Positions 8,840 through 19,954 of a stretch of 32,000 nucleotides of DNA are shown here, one piece after another. This DNA is from Demequinaceae bacterium (GTDB lineage: Bacteria; Actinomycetota; Actinomycetes; Actinomycetales; Demequinaceae). A program made the translations under genes and the position numbers. The stretch is from the NCBI GenBank assembly GCA_965250005.1, contig OZ252279.1, positions 1,860,001 through 1,892,000 on the forward strand, read 5' to 3'. How positions within the stretch are numbered: position 1 is the stretch's first letter; each line of letters starts with the position of its first letter. Under the pieces are notes generated by a model. It saw only the letters and a list, made by a program, of their open reading frames with translations. It was not told the DNA's origin and ran no database searches.

Positions 8840-8857
8840 GTTCGTCGTTTGCGAACC
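8839..8857 (+). terminator. Weak hairpin after the 8339..8839 gene
   Basis: GGTTCG-tcgtttg-CGAACC (6-bp stem) followed by ttcat. There is no clean U-tract. Confidence 0.3.
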
Positions 8858-9015
8858 TTCATGAATTCGCCGATCTCCCTCGGCGATGCGGGGGCTCGGG
8901 TGGCGCAAGCCGCCCGAGCCTTTCCCCCAGGGCAGGTGCGGGGAACACTGTGGAGTGGTAAGGCGTGCGGCAGCAAATGCGGCGGGCACCGGAATCGATG
9001 TGCTGTGGAGAAGCG

Positions 9016-10277
<1,262 letters not shown>

Positions 10278-10306
10278 CAGGAAACGCGTGCGATCCCGCG
10301 AGGGAT

Positions 10307-10361
10307 AGAAGAACCAGGAGGGGGCCCGGACCGGATTGACGGTCGGGGTCCCTGTTCTTCT
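10307..10361 (+). terminator. Long imperfect hairpin after the surface-protein cluster and upstream of typA
   Basis: AGAAGAACcAGG ... CCTGTTCTTCT outer arms enclose an inner GACCG-gattga-CGGTC stem. No U-tract follows, so it may be a terminator-like or processing structure. Confidence 0.4.
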
Positions 10362-10498
10362 GTTCAGAGGGCCCAACGGGAGCCCTTAGGCAAGCCTGAC
10401 GGCGCTATTACGATCCTGGGTAGGCTCACCGGGGTACACTAGGGCGGCCGACTCGCAGACGACCGGCTCCCCCTCATCATTCACGAAGCGAGATTCCT

Positions 10499-12400
10499 AT
10501 GCCCGCGCGCCAAGATTTGCGCAATGTTGCCATCGTCGCCCACGTCGATCACGGTAAGACCACGCTCGTCGATGCGATGTTGGTGCAGGGGGGTGCCTAC
10601 GGCGACCATGCACACGTGGAAGATCGCGCAATGGACTCGGGAGACCTCGAACGCGAAAAGGGAATCACGATTCTCGCCAAGAACACCGCCATCCGATATA
10701 CCGGCGCGTCGGCGGTGGACGGCGGCGTGACGATTAACGTCATCGATACGCCCGGGCACGCTGACTTTGGAGGAGAGGTCGAGCGTGGGCTGTCCATGGT
10801 CGACGGCGTCGTACTGCTGGTCGATGCGTCGGAGGGTCCGCTTCCTCAAACTCGCTTCGTGCTGCGCAAGGCGCTGGCCGCTCACCTACCTGTGATCATC
10901 GTTGTCAACAAGGTTGACCGCCCGGATTCGCGAATTGGTGCCGTGGTCGAAGAAACCCACGACCTACTGCTTGGCCTCGCGTCCGACCTGGAGGACGAAG
11001 TCCCCGATCTCGACATCGACGCACTCCTCGCGGTCCCGGTGGTCTTTGCCTCTGCGAAGGCCGGCCGAGCTTCGCTCAACCAGCCCGGTGACGGTGAGTT
11101 GCCGGATGCGGAGAACTTGGAGCCCCTTTTCCGCGTGATCATGGAGCGGATTCCCGCGCCCACATACGACGACGACGCGCCGCTGCAGGCGCATGTCACC
11201 AACCTCGACGCCTCGCCCTTCCTTGGACGACTGGCGCTACTACGTGTCTTCAACGGCACAATTAGGAAGGGCCAGATCGTTGCGTGGGCCAAGGCCGACG
11301 GCACCATCGCGAACGTCAAGATCACCGAACTTCTCGAAACCAAGGGCCTCGACCGGGTGCCGACACAGAGCGCCGGCCCCGGCGATATTGTGGCGGTCGC
11401 GGGCATCGAGGGCATTACGATAGGCGAAACTCTCACTGACGTGGACGACCCTCGTCCGTTGCCATTGATCGTGATCGACGATCCTGCGATTTCGATGACA
11501 ATCGGCATCAATACATCCCCGCTCGCTGGACGTGTCAAGGGCGCCAAAGTTACGGCCAGACAGGTGAAAGACCGCCTCGACAAGGAACTGGTGGGTAACG
11601 TCTCGATTCGCGTTCTTCCCACGGAACGCCCCGATTCGTGGGAGGTTCAAGGTCGCGGCGAATTGGCGCTAGCCATCCTCGTCGAGCAGATGCGCCGTGA
11701 GGGCTTCGAGTTGACTGTCGGCAAGCCACAGGTTGTCACCAAAGAGATCGACGGCAAGCGCCACGAGCCCATGGAGCATATGACGATTGATGTCCCCGAG
11801 GAGCACCTCGGCGCCGTCACCCAGCTCATGGCAACCCGCAAGGGCCGGATGGAAAGCATGTCGAATCACGGCACGGGGTGGGTCCGAATGGAGTTCATCA
11901 TCCCCGCCCGCGGCCTCATCGGCTTCCGGACGCTCTTTCTGACCGATACGCGCGGCACCGGAATCGCGTCGTCAATCGCGCATGGCTATGAGCCGTGGGC
12001 CGGGCCCATCGAACTGAGGACTACTGGCTCATTGGTCGCGGACCGCTCGGGCCCAGTCACGCCGTTTGCGATGATCAACCTGCAGGAGCGCGGGTCCTTC
12101 TTCGTCAAGCCGACCGCCGAAGTCTACGAGGGCATGATCGTTGGCGAGAACTCGCGCAATGAGGACATGGACGTCAACATCACCAAAGAAAAGAAGCTTA
12201 CCAATATGCGTGCTGCTTCGAGCGACTCGTTCGAGAACCTCACTCCGCCGCGCGAACTCACGCTCGAAGAGTGCCTGGAATTCGCTCGCGACGACGAGTG
12301 TGTTGAAGTCACTCCAGATCACACACGCATCCGCAAGGTGGTCCTCGATCAGCTTGAGCGTGGACGCACGACGGCGCGCGCCAAGCGTGCGGAGAAATAG
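10499..12400 (+). CDS. typA: Translational GTPase TypA/BipA
   Basis: 633 aa with [33 protein letters not shown] and NKVDR GTPase motifs and a BipA-type C-terminus. Confidence 0.96.
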   Translation: MPARQDLRNVAIVAHVDHGKTTLVDAMLVQGGAYGDHAHVEDRAMDSGDLEREKGITILAKNTAIRYTGASAVDGGVTINVIDTPGHADFGGEVERGLSMVDGVVLLVDASEGPLPQTRFVLRKALAAHLPVIIVVNKVDRPDSRIGAVVEETHDLLLGLASDLEDEVPDLDIDALLAVPVVFASAKAGRASLNQPGDGELPDAENLEPLFRVIMERIPAPTYDDDAPLQAHVTNLDASPFLGRLALLRVFNGTIRKGQIVAWAKADGTIANVKITELLETKGLDRVPTQSAGPGDIVAVAGIEGITIGETLTDVDDPRPLPLIVIDDPAISMTIGINTSPLAGRVKGAKVTARQVKDRLDKELVGNVSIRVLPTERPDSWEVQGRGELALAILVEQMRREGFELTVGKPQVVTKEIDGKRHEPMEHMTIDVPEEHLGAVTQLMATRKGRMESMSNHGTGWVRMEFIIPARGLIGFRTLFLTDTRGTGIASSIAHGYEPWAGPIELRTTGSLVADRSGPVTPFAMINLQERGSFFVKPTAEVYEGMIVGENSRNEDMDVNITKEKKLTNMRAASSDSFENLTPPRELTLEECLEFARDDECVEVTPDHTRIRKVVLDQLERGRTTARAKRAEK

Positions 12401-12427
12401 TAGCCGTCAAGCCCTAAGGTTGGAGCC

Positions 12428-12784
12428 ATGCTCCGGAACCTCCTCGCCATTATCGCGCTCGCTGGCGCGGGTCTCTTCGTCGCGATAGTTGGCACCGCGG
12501 CGCACAGGTACGAGCCCTACTGGGGAATCGTCTTGGCGATCTTGCTGGTGCTCGTGTCCGCACTTTTTGCGCGTGCGTGGCGCGGGTGGATGGGGTTGAG
12601 CATTTTTTCAAGCGCGTGGACCGCGCTTCTACTCTTTCTTACGTATGTTGACGGGCCCGGCGGCAATATTGTCGTTCTCGAGGACGGCCTCGGATTCGCT
12701 TGGTACCTAGGCGGCGCCGCGGCAGTAATTGCGATTGCGTTTGTTCCCCGGCGATTCGTGAGTGAGAACACGGATGTCTCGTAG
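12428..12784 (+). CDS. Small integral membrane protein (3-4 TM helices)
   Basis: 118 aa, strongly hydrophobic (LLAIIALAGAGLFVAIV, GIVLAILLVLVSALF, AWTALLLFLTYV, LGGAAAVIAIAFV). Confidence 0.65.
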   Translation: MLRNLLAIIALAGAGLFVAIVGTAAHRYEPYWGIVLAILLVLVSALFARAWRGWMGLSIFSSAWTALLLFLTYVDGPGGNIVVLEDGLGFAWYLGGAAAVIAIAFVPRRFVSENTDVS

Positions 12785-15563
12785 CCGGCGCGAGGAGCTC
12801 AAAGTCGCCGAACAAGCCCTCGGCGCGCGCCGTCGCAAGGTCGCTCATCGCCAACTGCGAAGAGCCGTAGCGCGCTCGGGCGGCGAAGGCTCCGTGCGGC
12901 GAGATGCCCGTCTCAGATCCGCAATCTTCCCGCCGCTTCCGCCACCCGTGAGAGAATCTGAAGCTGATCTGACCATTGCTCCGCAAGCGGACATTCGAGC
13001 GGTGTTCGAGCCCACTGAAATGCCTGGCGTCCGGCATCGGTCGCCGGTCAAGAAGCCCGAATCCGTCGACGTGCCGTCAGCGAAGATCAAAACCAAGTTG
13101 ACGCCTAGTAAGGGCACGGGCTCCAAGTTCACGGGGGCCGCTGCGGTGATGAAAGGGGAAACGCCGAGGGCTGCTGTCAGCCCGACGTCACCTGCGAAGC
13201 CACTCGCAAAGACCGAGCCATCCAAGGTAGCCGCGCACCCTAAACCGGCGAAGAAGAAGGCCGCGCCTAAGAAGACCGAGAAACCAACTGTTCCTGCCCA
13301 GCCTGAGCCCTTTTCCCAATCCTCTGACGCGCAGGCTCCCACACTCGGGCCGTCAAGGATCGGCGCGCTCATCTCGGGGCTGGGCGCGGGGGCAGTTGTC
13401 GCTGGCGGCGGATTGGTCAAGGCGGTCCGTGCTGGAGCGCGCGAATCGCTCGCGGGAGCCAAGGTTGTCGGCCGCGCCACGCAGTCAGCTGCAACTGTCG
13501 TTGGCAATGCAGTTCTGTCGCGAGCCGAACATGCGCGCGTGGCTGCCGCGAAACGTGCTGTGGTTCGCGCGTCAACGCGCCAGGCCGCTGTAGACGAGAA
13601 GGCCGCGATTGCTCAAGCGGACGCCAAAGCGAAGGCGAAGGCCGCCGCCGAGGCAGCGAAGGTTGCGCGCGAAGAGGAGAAAGCGCGTGCCAAGGCCGAC
13701 GCGAAGGCGGCGGCGCTCGTCGCGACGAAAACTGACACTCTCACCGAGGTCGAGGCAGCACCCAAGCGCAAGCCGAAGCCGGAACCCAAGCGCAAGCCGA
13801 AGCCGGAACCCAAGCGCAAGCCGAAGCCGGAACCCAAGCGCAAGCCGAAGCGCGAGCCAGCGGTGGAGGCACCCTCAGTTCCGAAGGTCTTCCCGTCACT
13901 TCCCCGCATCACGGTTCCGCGCCCGTCCCTTCCGTCGCTTCCGAAGGTGGCGGTTCCACGCCCTACCCGGCAGCAGCTAGCTATCGGTTCGATTGCTGTC
14001 GCCGTGGCGCTGCTGGCATATGTTGGCGCCCAGGCATCTGTCGCTAACACCGTCGCGCCCAACACCGTAATTCTGGGCAATGAAATCGGGGGGCTCAGCA
14101 CGGACGCCGCGGTCGCAGAACTGTCGCTCAGATTCACGGACTTCGAGTCTCGGCCGGTCAGGCTTGAGGCTCATGGTTGGTTCGCCTACCTGGAGCCAGC
14201 TGATGCAGGTTTGAGTCTTGATGTGCAGGCGACGGTCGGTGACCTGACGGGATTTACGTGGAAGCCCGGTCGCCTGTGGAGTTTTGTCGTGGGTGGCGGC
14301 GAAGTTTCTCCAGCACTTGTTGTGGACGGCGCGGCTTTGGCGTCGTCCGTAATGGATGCTGTCGAGCAGCTCGAACAGACTCCCGCGAGCGCTACGGTCG
14401 AGTTCAGAAATGGCAATGCGTTCCCTGTTCCTGCCCGTGATGGGGTGGCTATCAACGCCAAGCTAGCTATCGAGGCAGTGGCAGACCGCTGGCTGGCGGG
14501 CCAGCCGATTGTGCTTGCCGCCGTGGTGCGGCCGCCGGGCATCCTCACGCCAGAGGCGGAGCGCGCCGCCACGGCATTCAATCAAGTAACGCTCGCGTCG
14601 CCGGTAGCGCTCGAGGGGCCGAACGGTTCTGCGGAAATCAGTGCGACAGACGTGGCTGAGTTTGGTGTGGTTGTTGCCGCGGGCGACCGGCTGGTACTCA
14701 TGATGGACGGTGAGCAGCTAGCAAACGCGCTTCTCGAGCGCAATCCGGGGCTGAATAGTGGCGCGCGCAATGCGAGGCAGTACTTTGACGGGAATCACAT
14801 GCTTGTGCTGGACGAGAGCGTACCCGCGCGGGTGCTTGATGTAGCGAGCCTCGGAGATGCGGCGGTTCTCGCGCTCAACAGCGTCTCCCGCGTGGGTGAG
14901 ATGCCGTTCCTCGAGACTCCAGCGGACGTGACAACGGTGGATCTCGCCGAGGGAGATTTTACTGCGCGGGTCTCGTCGTTTAGCACGCCGTTCACGCCGC
15001 GCGGCTGGGCGCGCGAACAGAACATCGCTAATGCGGGGCGGATCATTTCTGGAATGGTCATTCAGCCGGGAGAGACCTTTAGTTTGATCAAGGCGCTGAC
15101 GCCAATCGACGCGAGCAACGGGTTCAGAAGCGCGGGCGTCATTATCGGAGGTGAGCACGTCGATGCGCCCGGTGGAGGCTTGTCGCAGATGGCGACGACC
15201 CTATACAACACCGCGTACTGGGCGGGCCTTGAAGACGTGGCCCACCGGTCGCACACGGAGTGGTTTACGCGCTATCCAGCCGGACGCGAGGCAACCATTT
15301 TCACCCCGTCGCTCGACATGAAGTTCCGCAACGACACGCCGCACGCGATAGTTATTAACTCCTACGTCGACGGCGCGCGTATCTACGTGGATTTCTGGTC
15401 GACTCCGTACTACCGCGTTGAGGGCACGACCACCATCACCAGTGGTCGCGCGATCCAGGGATGCGGGTTCGGTGTTCTAGACAACCGCAAGGTGTACGTT
15501 GGAGACGATTTGGTGAAGAACGAGTCCCAGCGCTGGAGCTATCGCCGCACCGACTACTGCTAG
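12762..15563 (+). CDS. VanW-domain protein with a long Lys/Ala/Pro-rich N-terminal region and a single TM helix
   Basis: The C-terminus carries a VanW signature (GETFSLIKAL...NGFRSAGVI..., GGGLSQMATTLYNTAYWAGLE, YPAGREATI). The TM helix is LAIGSIAVAVALLAYVGA. The start is uncertain: GTG at 12762 or ATG at 12774, both overlapping the preceding gene. Confidence 0.85.
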   Translation: MRTRMSRSRREELKVAEQALGARRRKVAHRQLRRAVARSGGEGSVRRDARLRSAIFPPLPPPVRESEADLTIAPQADIRAVFEPTEMPGVRHRSPVKKPESVDVPSAKIKTKLTPSKGTGSKFTGAAAVMKGETPRAAVSPTSPAKPLAKTEPSKVAAHPKPAKKKAAPKKTEKPTVPAQPEPFSQSSDAQAPTLGPSRIGALISGLGAGAVVAGGGLVKAVRAGARESLAGAKVVGRATQSAATVVGNAVLSRAEHARVAAAKRAVVRASTRQAAVDEKAAIAQADAKAKAKAAAEAAKVAREEEKARAKADAKAAALVATKTDTLTEVEAAPKRKPKPEPKRKPKPEPKRKPKPEPKRKPKREPAVEAPSVPKVFPSLPRITVPRPSLPSLPKVAVPRPTRQQLAIGSIAVAVALLAYVGAQASVANTVAPNTVILGNEIGGLSTDAAVAELSLRFTDFESRPVRLEAHGWFAYLEPADAGLSLDVQATVGDLTGFTWKPGRLWSFVVGGGEVSPALVVDGAALASSVMDAVEQLEQTPASATVEFRNGNAFPVPARDGVAINAKLAIEAVADRWLAGQPIVLAAVVRPPGILTPEAERAATAFNQVTLASPVALEGPNGSAEISATDVAEFGVVVAAGDRLVLMMDGEQLANALLERNPGLNSGARNARQYFDGNHMLVLDESVPARVLDVASLGDAAVLALNSVSRVGEMPFLETPADVTTVDLAEGDFTARVSSFSTPFTPRGWAREQNIANAGRIISGMVIQPGETFSLIKALTPIDASNGFRSAGVIIGGEHVDAPGGGLSQMATTLYNTAYWAGLEDVAHRSHTEWFTRYPAGREATIFTPSLDMKFRNDTPHAIVINSYVDGARIYVDFWSTPYYRVEGTTTITSGRAIQGCGFGVLDNRKVYVGDDLVKNESQRWSYRRTDYC
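13761..13851 (+). repeat. Perfect 24-bp tandem repeat x3 plus a 19-nt partial copy (PKRKPKPE units)
   Basis: cccaagcgcaagccgaagccggaa occurs at 13761, 13785 and 13809, with a fourth copy diverging after 19 nt. It is in frame inside the VanW-protein N-terminal region. Confidence 0.95.
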
Positions 15564-15635
15564 GCGCAGGCGCGCAATCACCTCACGCGGGCTAGGTATG
15601 ATTGTCCCGGCATCGACCCTTCGAAAGGATTCCTC

Positions 15636-15959
15636 GTGACGTACGTCATCGCACTGCCCTGTGTAGACCTCAAGGACAAGGCGTGCATCGATGAGTGTCC
15701 CGTGGACTGTATCTACGAGGGCGATCGGATGCTCTATATCCACCCTGATGAGTGCGTGGACTGCGGCGCGTGTGAGCCGGTCTGTCCTGTCGAGGCCATC
15801 TACTACGAGGACGACACCCCCGACAAGTGGGCTGAATACTACAAGGCGAACGTAGAGTTCTTTTCCGAGATTGGCTCGCCCGGTGGTGCAGCGAAGATGG
15901 GTCTGATCGAGCACGATCACGACATCATCAAGGCGCTTCCGCCGCAGCCCGTCGGCTAA
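15636..15959 (+). CDS. fdxA: 7Fe ferredoxin (3Fe-4S / 4Fe-4S)
   Basis: 107 aa with a GTG start: TYVIALPCVDLKDKACIDECPVDCIYEG...HPDECVDCGACEPVCPVEAI. Confidence 0.93.
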   Translation: MTYVIALPCVDLKDKACIDECPVDCIYEGDRMLYIHPDECVDCGACEPVCPVEAIYYEDDTPDKWAEYYKANVEFFSEIGSPGGAAKMGLIEHDHDIIKALPPQPVG

Positions 15960-15992
15960 CACCACGTACTGCGATCGTGGCAGGCTGACCTC

Positions 15993-17114
15993 ATGGGACT
16001 GAACCCTGCCGCTCTTCCCGATTTTCCGTGGGATTCGCTCGCACCATACATTGAGCGAGCGAAGGCGCACCCAGATGGCTTGATTGCGCTCTCCGTTGGA
16101 ACGCCAGTCGACCCGACGCCAGAAGTCATTCGGCGCGCTCTCGCAGAGGCGGCGGACGCGCCAGGATACCCGGCGACGCACGGAACCCGGGAGTTGCGCG
16201 AAGCGATCGCCGGCTGGTATTCACGCCGCAGAGGTGTACCCGGAGTGGATCCCGATGCGGTGCTTCCCACCATTGGCTCCAAGGAGTTCGTGGCGTGGTT
16301 GCCAGCGCTGCTTGGTCTGGGCGAGAACGACGCGGTAGTAGTCCCGACCGCCGCGTATCCCACGTACGAGGTGGGCGCCACGCTCGCCGGAGCTACGACC
16401 ATCTGTGCAGATGACCTTGACGCATGGCGCGACAACCCTGCCGTCAAACTGGTCTGGCTCAACTCGCCCTCAAACCCCACGGGCGCGGTCGCTACTCGTG
16501 AACACCTGGCAGAAGTGGTGGCCGCAGTACGCAACCTCGGAGCCGTCGTGGCCTCTGACGAGTGCTACGCGGAACTGTCCTGGAGTGAGCCGCACGCGAC
16601 AAGTTCAGTACCGAGCGTCCTCGACCCGTTGGTCTGCGGTGACTCCCACCATGGAATTCTCGCCGTCTACTCGTTGTCGAAGCAGTCGAACCTCGCGGGC
16701 TACCGCGCTGCATTCACCGCGGGAGACGCGAAGCTTGTGGCCGACCTGCTTGAGGCGCGCAAACACGCGGGGATGCTCGTCCCAGGACCGGTGCAAGCCG
16801 CGATGATTGCTGCACTCATGGACGATGCGCATGTTGTGAAGCAGCGAGAGGTGTACCGGAATCGGCGGGACGTCCTCAGCGCGGCGATAGTCGCGTCGGG
16901 AATGGAGATTTCGCACTCGGAGGCTGGGCTTTACCTGTGGGCGACACGCGGTGAAGACTGCTGGGCCACGGTCGAGCGGTTCGCTGATCAAGGCATCGTT
17001 GTTGCGCCCGGAGCGTTCTACGGTGCTGCGGGTCAGCGGCATGTGCGTATTGCGATCACCGCGAGCGATGCGAGCATCGACGAGGCGGCGCGCCGCCTCG
17101 GCACAGCCCGATAG
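15993..17114 (+). CDS. dapC: Succinyldiaminopimelate aminotransferase (actinobacterial DapC type)
   Basis: 373 aa class-I aminotransferase (LPDFPWDSLAPY, LSVGTPVDPTP, SPSNPTG, YSLSKQSNLAGYR). It has the conserved fdxA-dapC adjacency. Confidence 0.85.
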   Translation: MGLNPAALPDFPWDSLAPYIERAKAHPDGLIALSVGTPVDPTPEVIRRALAEAADAPGYPATHGTRELREAIAGWYSRRRGVPGVDPDAVLPTIGSKEFVAWLPALLGLGENDAVVVPTAAYPTYEVGATLAGATTICADDLDAWRDNPAVKLVWLNSPSNPTGAVATREHLAEVVAAVRNLGAVVASDECYAELSWSEPHATSSVPSVLDPLVCGDSHHGILAVYSLSKQSNLAGYRAAFTAGDAKLVADLLEARKHAGMLVPGPVQAAMIAALMDDAHVVKQREVYRNRRDVLSAAIVASGMEISHSEAGLYLWATRGEDCWATVERFADQGIVVAPGAFYGAAGQRHVRIAITASDASIDEAARRLGTAR

Positions 17115-17163
17115 ACTGGAGCAAAGGCTCAGGGGATGGGCCGCGGCATTCTCCGGAGGATTC

Positions 17164-18462
17164 ATGGGACAGGTTGTAGACGCGCGACTCACGGTCGACG
17201 GAAAGACCCGTGAGCTCCCGCTTGAGCGCGCGACTGTGGGCAACGACGGGATCGCCGTAACCACGCTGTTGCGCGACACCGGACTGGTGACGGTAGACCC
17301 GGGATTTATGAACACCGCCTCATGTGAGTCAGCGATCACCTACATCGACGGCGAACACGGGATCTTGCGCTATCGCGGTTATCCCATCGATCAACTGGCT
17401 CAGCAGTCCACGTTTCTCGAGGTCTCGCACTTGCTGGTGCACGGCGACCTGCCCGCTCCGGACGTGCTCAACGCGCTTGAAAATCGCGTCGCGCGTCACA
17501 TGCAGGTTCACGATGGCATCAAGGCTTTCCTCGAAGCGTTCCCGCGCGACGCGCACCCGATGTCAGTGCTTTCTGGCGCGATCTCAGCGCTGGCCACGTT
17601 CTATCCCGACAGCGTGGGACGCGAGCCTGAGCAGGTGGAGCTTGCAACGGTCCTGCTACTGGCGAAGACGGCCACGGTCATCGCGTACCTGCAGCGCCGT
17701 GCGGCTGGCGGCGACTTCATCGAGCCCAAGAAGAAGGGCACGGAGTTTGTCGAAGAGTTTTTGCGGTTGACGTTTGCCCCAGGTGACGGCCCATACGATG
17801 TGGACCCCAAGATAGCGAAAGCAATGAATCTGTTGCTTATTCTCCACGCAGACCACGAGCAGAACTGCTCGACTTCCACGGTCCGCATTGTGGGTTCGAG
17901 CCAGGCAAACGTTTACGCTTCTGTGTCCGCAGGCGTCGGCGCGCTCTCGGGACCTCTGCACGGCGGTGCCAACGAGGCCGCGTTGCGCATGTTTGACGAA
18001 ATCAAGGCGTCCGGCGACAGCATCGAGCAGTTCGTGGGCAAGGTGAAGGACAAGGTTGAGGGCGCCAAACTCATGGGCTTTGGTCATAGGGTATACAAGT
18101 CGCACGACCCGCGCGGCGCTGAGGTCAAGAAGGTCGCGGACGAGGTCCTCGCGTCTCTCGGCGGCAACACCGAGTTATTCGACATGGCGCAGCGGCTTGA
18201 GGAGATCGCGCTAAGCGATGAGTACTTCATTGAGCGCAAGTTATACCCGAACGTGGACTTCTATACGGGCCTGCTCTATAAGGCGATGGGATTCCCCACC
18301 ACCATGTTCACGCCACTGTTCGTGCTTGGGCGCATGCCCGGCTGGGTGGCTCACTGGCGGGAAATGATTCGCGACCCGAGCACCAAAATCGGCCGCCCTC
18401 GTCAGATTTACATTGGCGAGACGGAGCGGAACTACGCGCCGATCGGCGAACGCGGCCTATAG
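17164..18462 (+). CDS. gltA: Citrate synthase
   Basis: ORF 16951..18462 trimmed to MGQVVDARLTVDGK... (ATG at 17164, preceded by GGAGGA). Motifs: ILRYRGYPIDQLA, HADHEQNCSTSTVR, GPLHGGANE, GFGHRVYK. The longer start would overlap dapC. Confidence 0.93.
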   Translation: MGQVVDARLTVDGKTRELPLERATVGNDGIAVTTLLRDTGLVTVDPGFMNTASCESAITYIDGEHGILRYRGYPIDQLAQQSTFLEVSHLLVHGDLPAPDVLNALENRVARHMQVHDGIKAFLEAFPRDAHPMSVLSGAISALATFYPDSVGREPEQVELATVLLLAKTATVIAYLQRRAAGGDFIEPKKKGTEFVEEFLRLTFAPGDGPYDVDPKIAKAMNLLLILHADHEQNCSTSTVRIVGSSQANVYASVSAGVGALSGPLHGGANEAALRMFDEIKASGDSIEQFVGKVKDKVEGAKLMGFGHRVYKSHDPRGAEVKKVADEVLASLGGNTELFDMAQRLEEIALSDEYFIERKLYPNVDFYTGLLYKAMGFPTTMFTPLFVLGRMPGWVAHWREMIRDPSTKIGRPRQIYIGETERNYAPIGERGL

Positions 18463-18573
18463 GCAGGACCGCGGTCCAGTTGGTCCGCTCGCGGGCATCG
18501 CGCTTTTCAGCGCGCGCGTTCGATGAAACTGCCCTAGTCTGACCCAAGGGCGGGGTTGAACTCAGGAGTTCTC

Positions 18574-19047
18574 ATGAAGATGGATTTCCGCCTTGAGTAT
18601 CAAGTCGACTGGGTGCGGGCCGAAGCGGATCGCATTCGCGCGTCTTTCGGTAACGCGATCACGGTAGTTGCTCATATGTCAGAAGGCGCGATGGGCGTGG
18701 GCAAGCGCGTCATTTCGCTGTCAGACCCCTCGGATCAAGGGACGGCTGCGGCCATTTGCATTACTAAGGCGACCGAAGAGGGCAGCCGTTGGAAGGTGGA
18801 GTTGCTCCCCGCGCTTGGCGACGACGACGTGGTGCCGGTGTCGCGCCCCATCGGCGCTGCCGAACTCGAGATGCGCTACGGAAAGTGTTACCACATCTCG
18901 CACGACGAGACCGTTGGCAAACCCAGCGGTGAGGATGGGTGGCCCGACCTAGGTGACGCGGTCGCTCACCTGATCGCAGGCAAGTTCAAGGTGGCCAAGA
19001 AGCGCAGCCTGGGCGGCACGGTCGCCAAACCGTACGCCGCCCTCTAG
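18574..19047 (+). CDS. Hypothetical protein
   Basis: ATG at 18574 with AGGAG 5 nt upstream, about 157 aa. No recognisable family. Its stop overlaps the convergent gene stop in the tetranucleotide CTAG (19044-19047). Confidence 0.5.
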   Translation: MKMDFRLEYQVDWVRAEADRIRASFGNAITVVAHMSEGAMGVGKRVISLSDPSDQGTAAAICITKATEEGSRWKVELLPALGDDDVVPVSRPIGAAELEMRYGKCYHISHDETVGKPSGEDGWPDLGDAVAHLIAGKFKVAKKRSLGGTVAKPYAAL

Positions 19048-19940
19048 GGTCGTCCGAACGTCACGGTCACGTCTGTGGCGCCACAATCCACCTCGGACTC
19101 AAGTGCGGCATCCGTTGCCCACTGCGCGCTTTCGCGGGTCCAAACTGTGCCACACCATCGGACGTCCGCAATGTTGAACTCTCCTGCGGCGGTGACGGAC
19201 CACGAGGCCAGGGCACTGCGCAACTCGATGCTCGGGTAGTCAAGGGAGACGACGGGATTGCCCTCAGTGTCTGCCCCAACCTGAACGCTCACTCCGTTGC
19301 CCCAGTCCGCAAGCACACGGTCCGCGTACACGCTCGCCGCGCCGTGCGTGGGCTCAACGTCCGCGTGGCTACATGTAACCGCTGCCAGCCCACTGTTGCC
19401 CGTAAGCGCCGACGCCCAGAGGCGTGCCTCAGGCTCATGGTCTGCGTACGCTTGGGGGAACGCCGAGTTCTGGACCGCCTGGGCTGCCACCGTGACTTCG
19501 AGCGTCTGCCATCCGTCAACCTTGACGAGTGCGTCGTAGAACGCATTGGACGCGTAGTAGGGGTCCGTGATCTGCTCGATGGTGCCCCAGCCCTGGGACG
19601 GGCGCTGCTGGAACAGCCCGAGCGAGTCGCGGTCGCCGTAGTCGAGGTTTCGGAGGTCGGACTCCTGGATCGCCGTGGCGAGCGCGATGGTTGCCGCCCG
19701 GGCGGGCAGGCCCCGCTGAACCGACGTCGCGGTGATGAGGGCTGCGTTGTTGGCCTGCTCGGCGCTCAGCGTGTGGGTGTTGTCTCCCAGGCTCACGGTG
19801 CAAGAGGACGTGGAGAAAAGCCGGTCACCATACCGGTCTACGAGGCGGGGGCCAAGGTACATGGCGGCTAGCACCGCAACGGCGACAACGACGAGTGCGG
19901 CCAGCCCAATACCGCGCCGCCCCTGTTTCAGCCCAGCCAT
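19044..19940 (-). CDS. Conserved actinobacterial membrane-anchored exported protein (SLGLFQQRPSQGWG motif)
   Basis: ORF 19044..20171 trimmed to MAGLKQGRRGIGLAALVVVAVAVLAAMYLG... (ATG at 19940), because the longer form overlaps dapD. It starts 14 nt downstream of the dapD stop on the same strand. Confidence 0.7.
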   Translation of the reverse strand: MAGLKQGRRGIGLAALVVVAVAVLAAMYLGPRLVDRYGDRLFSTSSCTVSLGDNTHTLSAEQANNAALITATSVQRGLPARAATIALATAIQESDLRNLDYGDRDSLGLFQQRPSQGWGTIEQITDPYYASNAFYDALVKVDGWQTLEVTVAAQAVQNSAFPQAYADHEPEARLWASALTGNSGLAAVTCSHADVEPTHGAASVYADRVLADWGNGVSVQVGADTEGNPVVSLDYPSIELRSALASWSVTAAGEFNIADVRWCGTVWTRESAQWATDAALESEVDCGATDVTVTFGRP

Positions 19941-19954
19941 CCGCGGTGTGACCC

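Noticed and set aside
8965-9015. GTG at 8965 as the start of the second surface-protein gene.
   Set aside because: The 17 extra residues (MRQQMRRAPESMCCGEA) precede a normal signal peptide. The ATG at 9016 has a GGAG box at the right spacing.
12845-14137. Minus-strand ORFs (12845..13507, 13613..14137) and a + ORF (13609..13980) inside the VanW-protein gene.
   Set aside because: They are out-of-frame readings of the Lys/Ala/Pro-rich region. The long + frame continues uninterrupted into a recognisable VanW domain.
16951-17163. N-terminal extension of citrate synthase from the track ORF start at 16951.
   Set aside because: It overlaps the dapC 3' end by 164 nt and the extension is Arg-rich junk. 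A GGAGGA-preceded ATG at 17164 gives a canonical citrate synthase N-terminus.
18466-18477. Perfect 12-bp palindrome GGACCGCGGTCC after gltA, considered as a terminator or operator.
   Set aside because: A hairpin would have essentially no loop and no U-tract follows. As a protein site it is a single short G+C-rich palindrome with no second copy in the window, so the evidence is insufficient.
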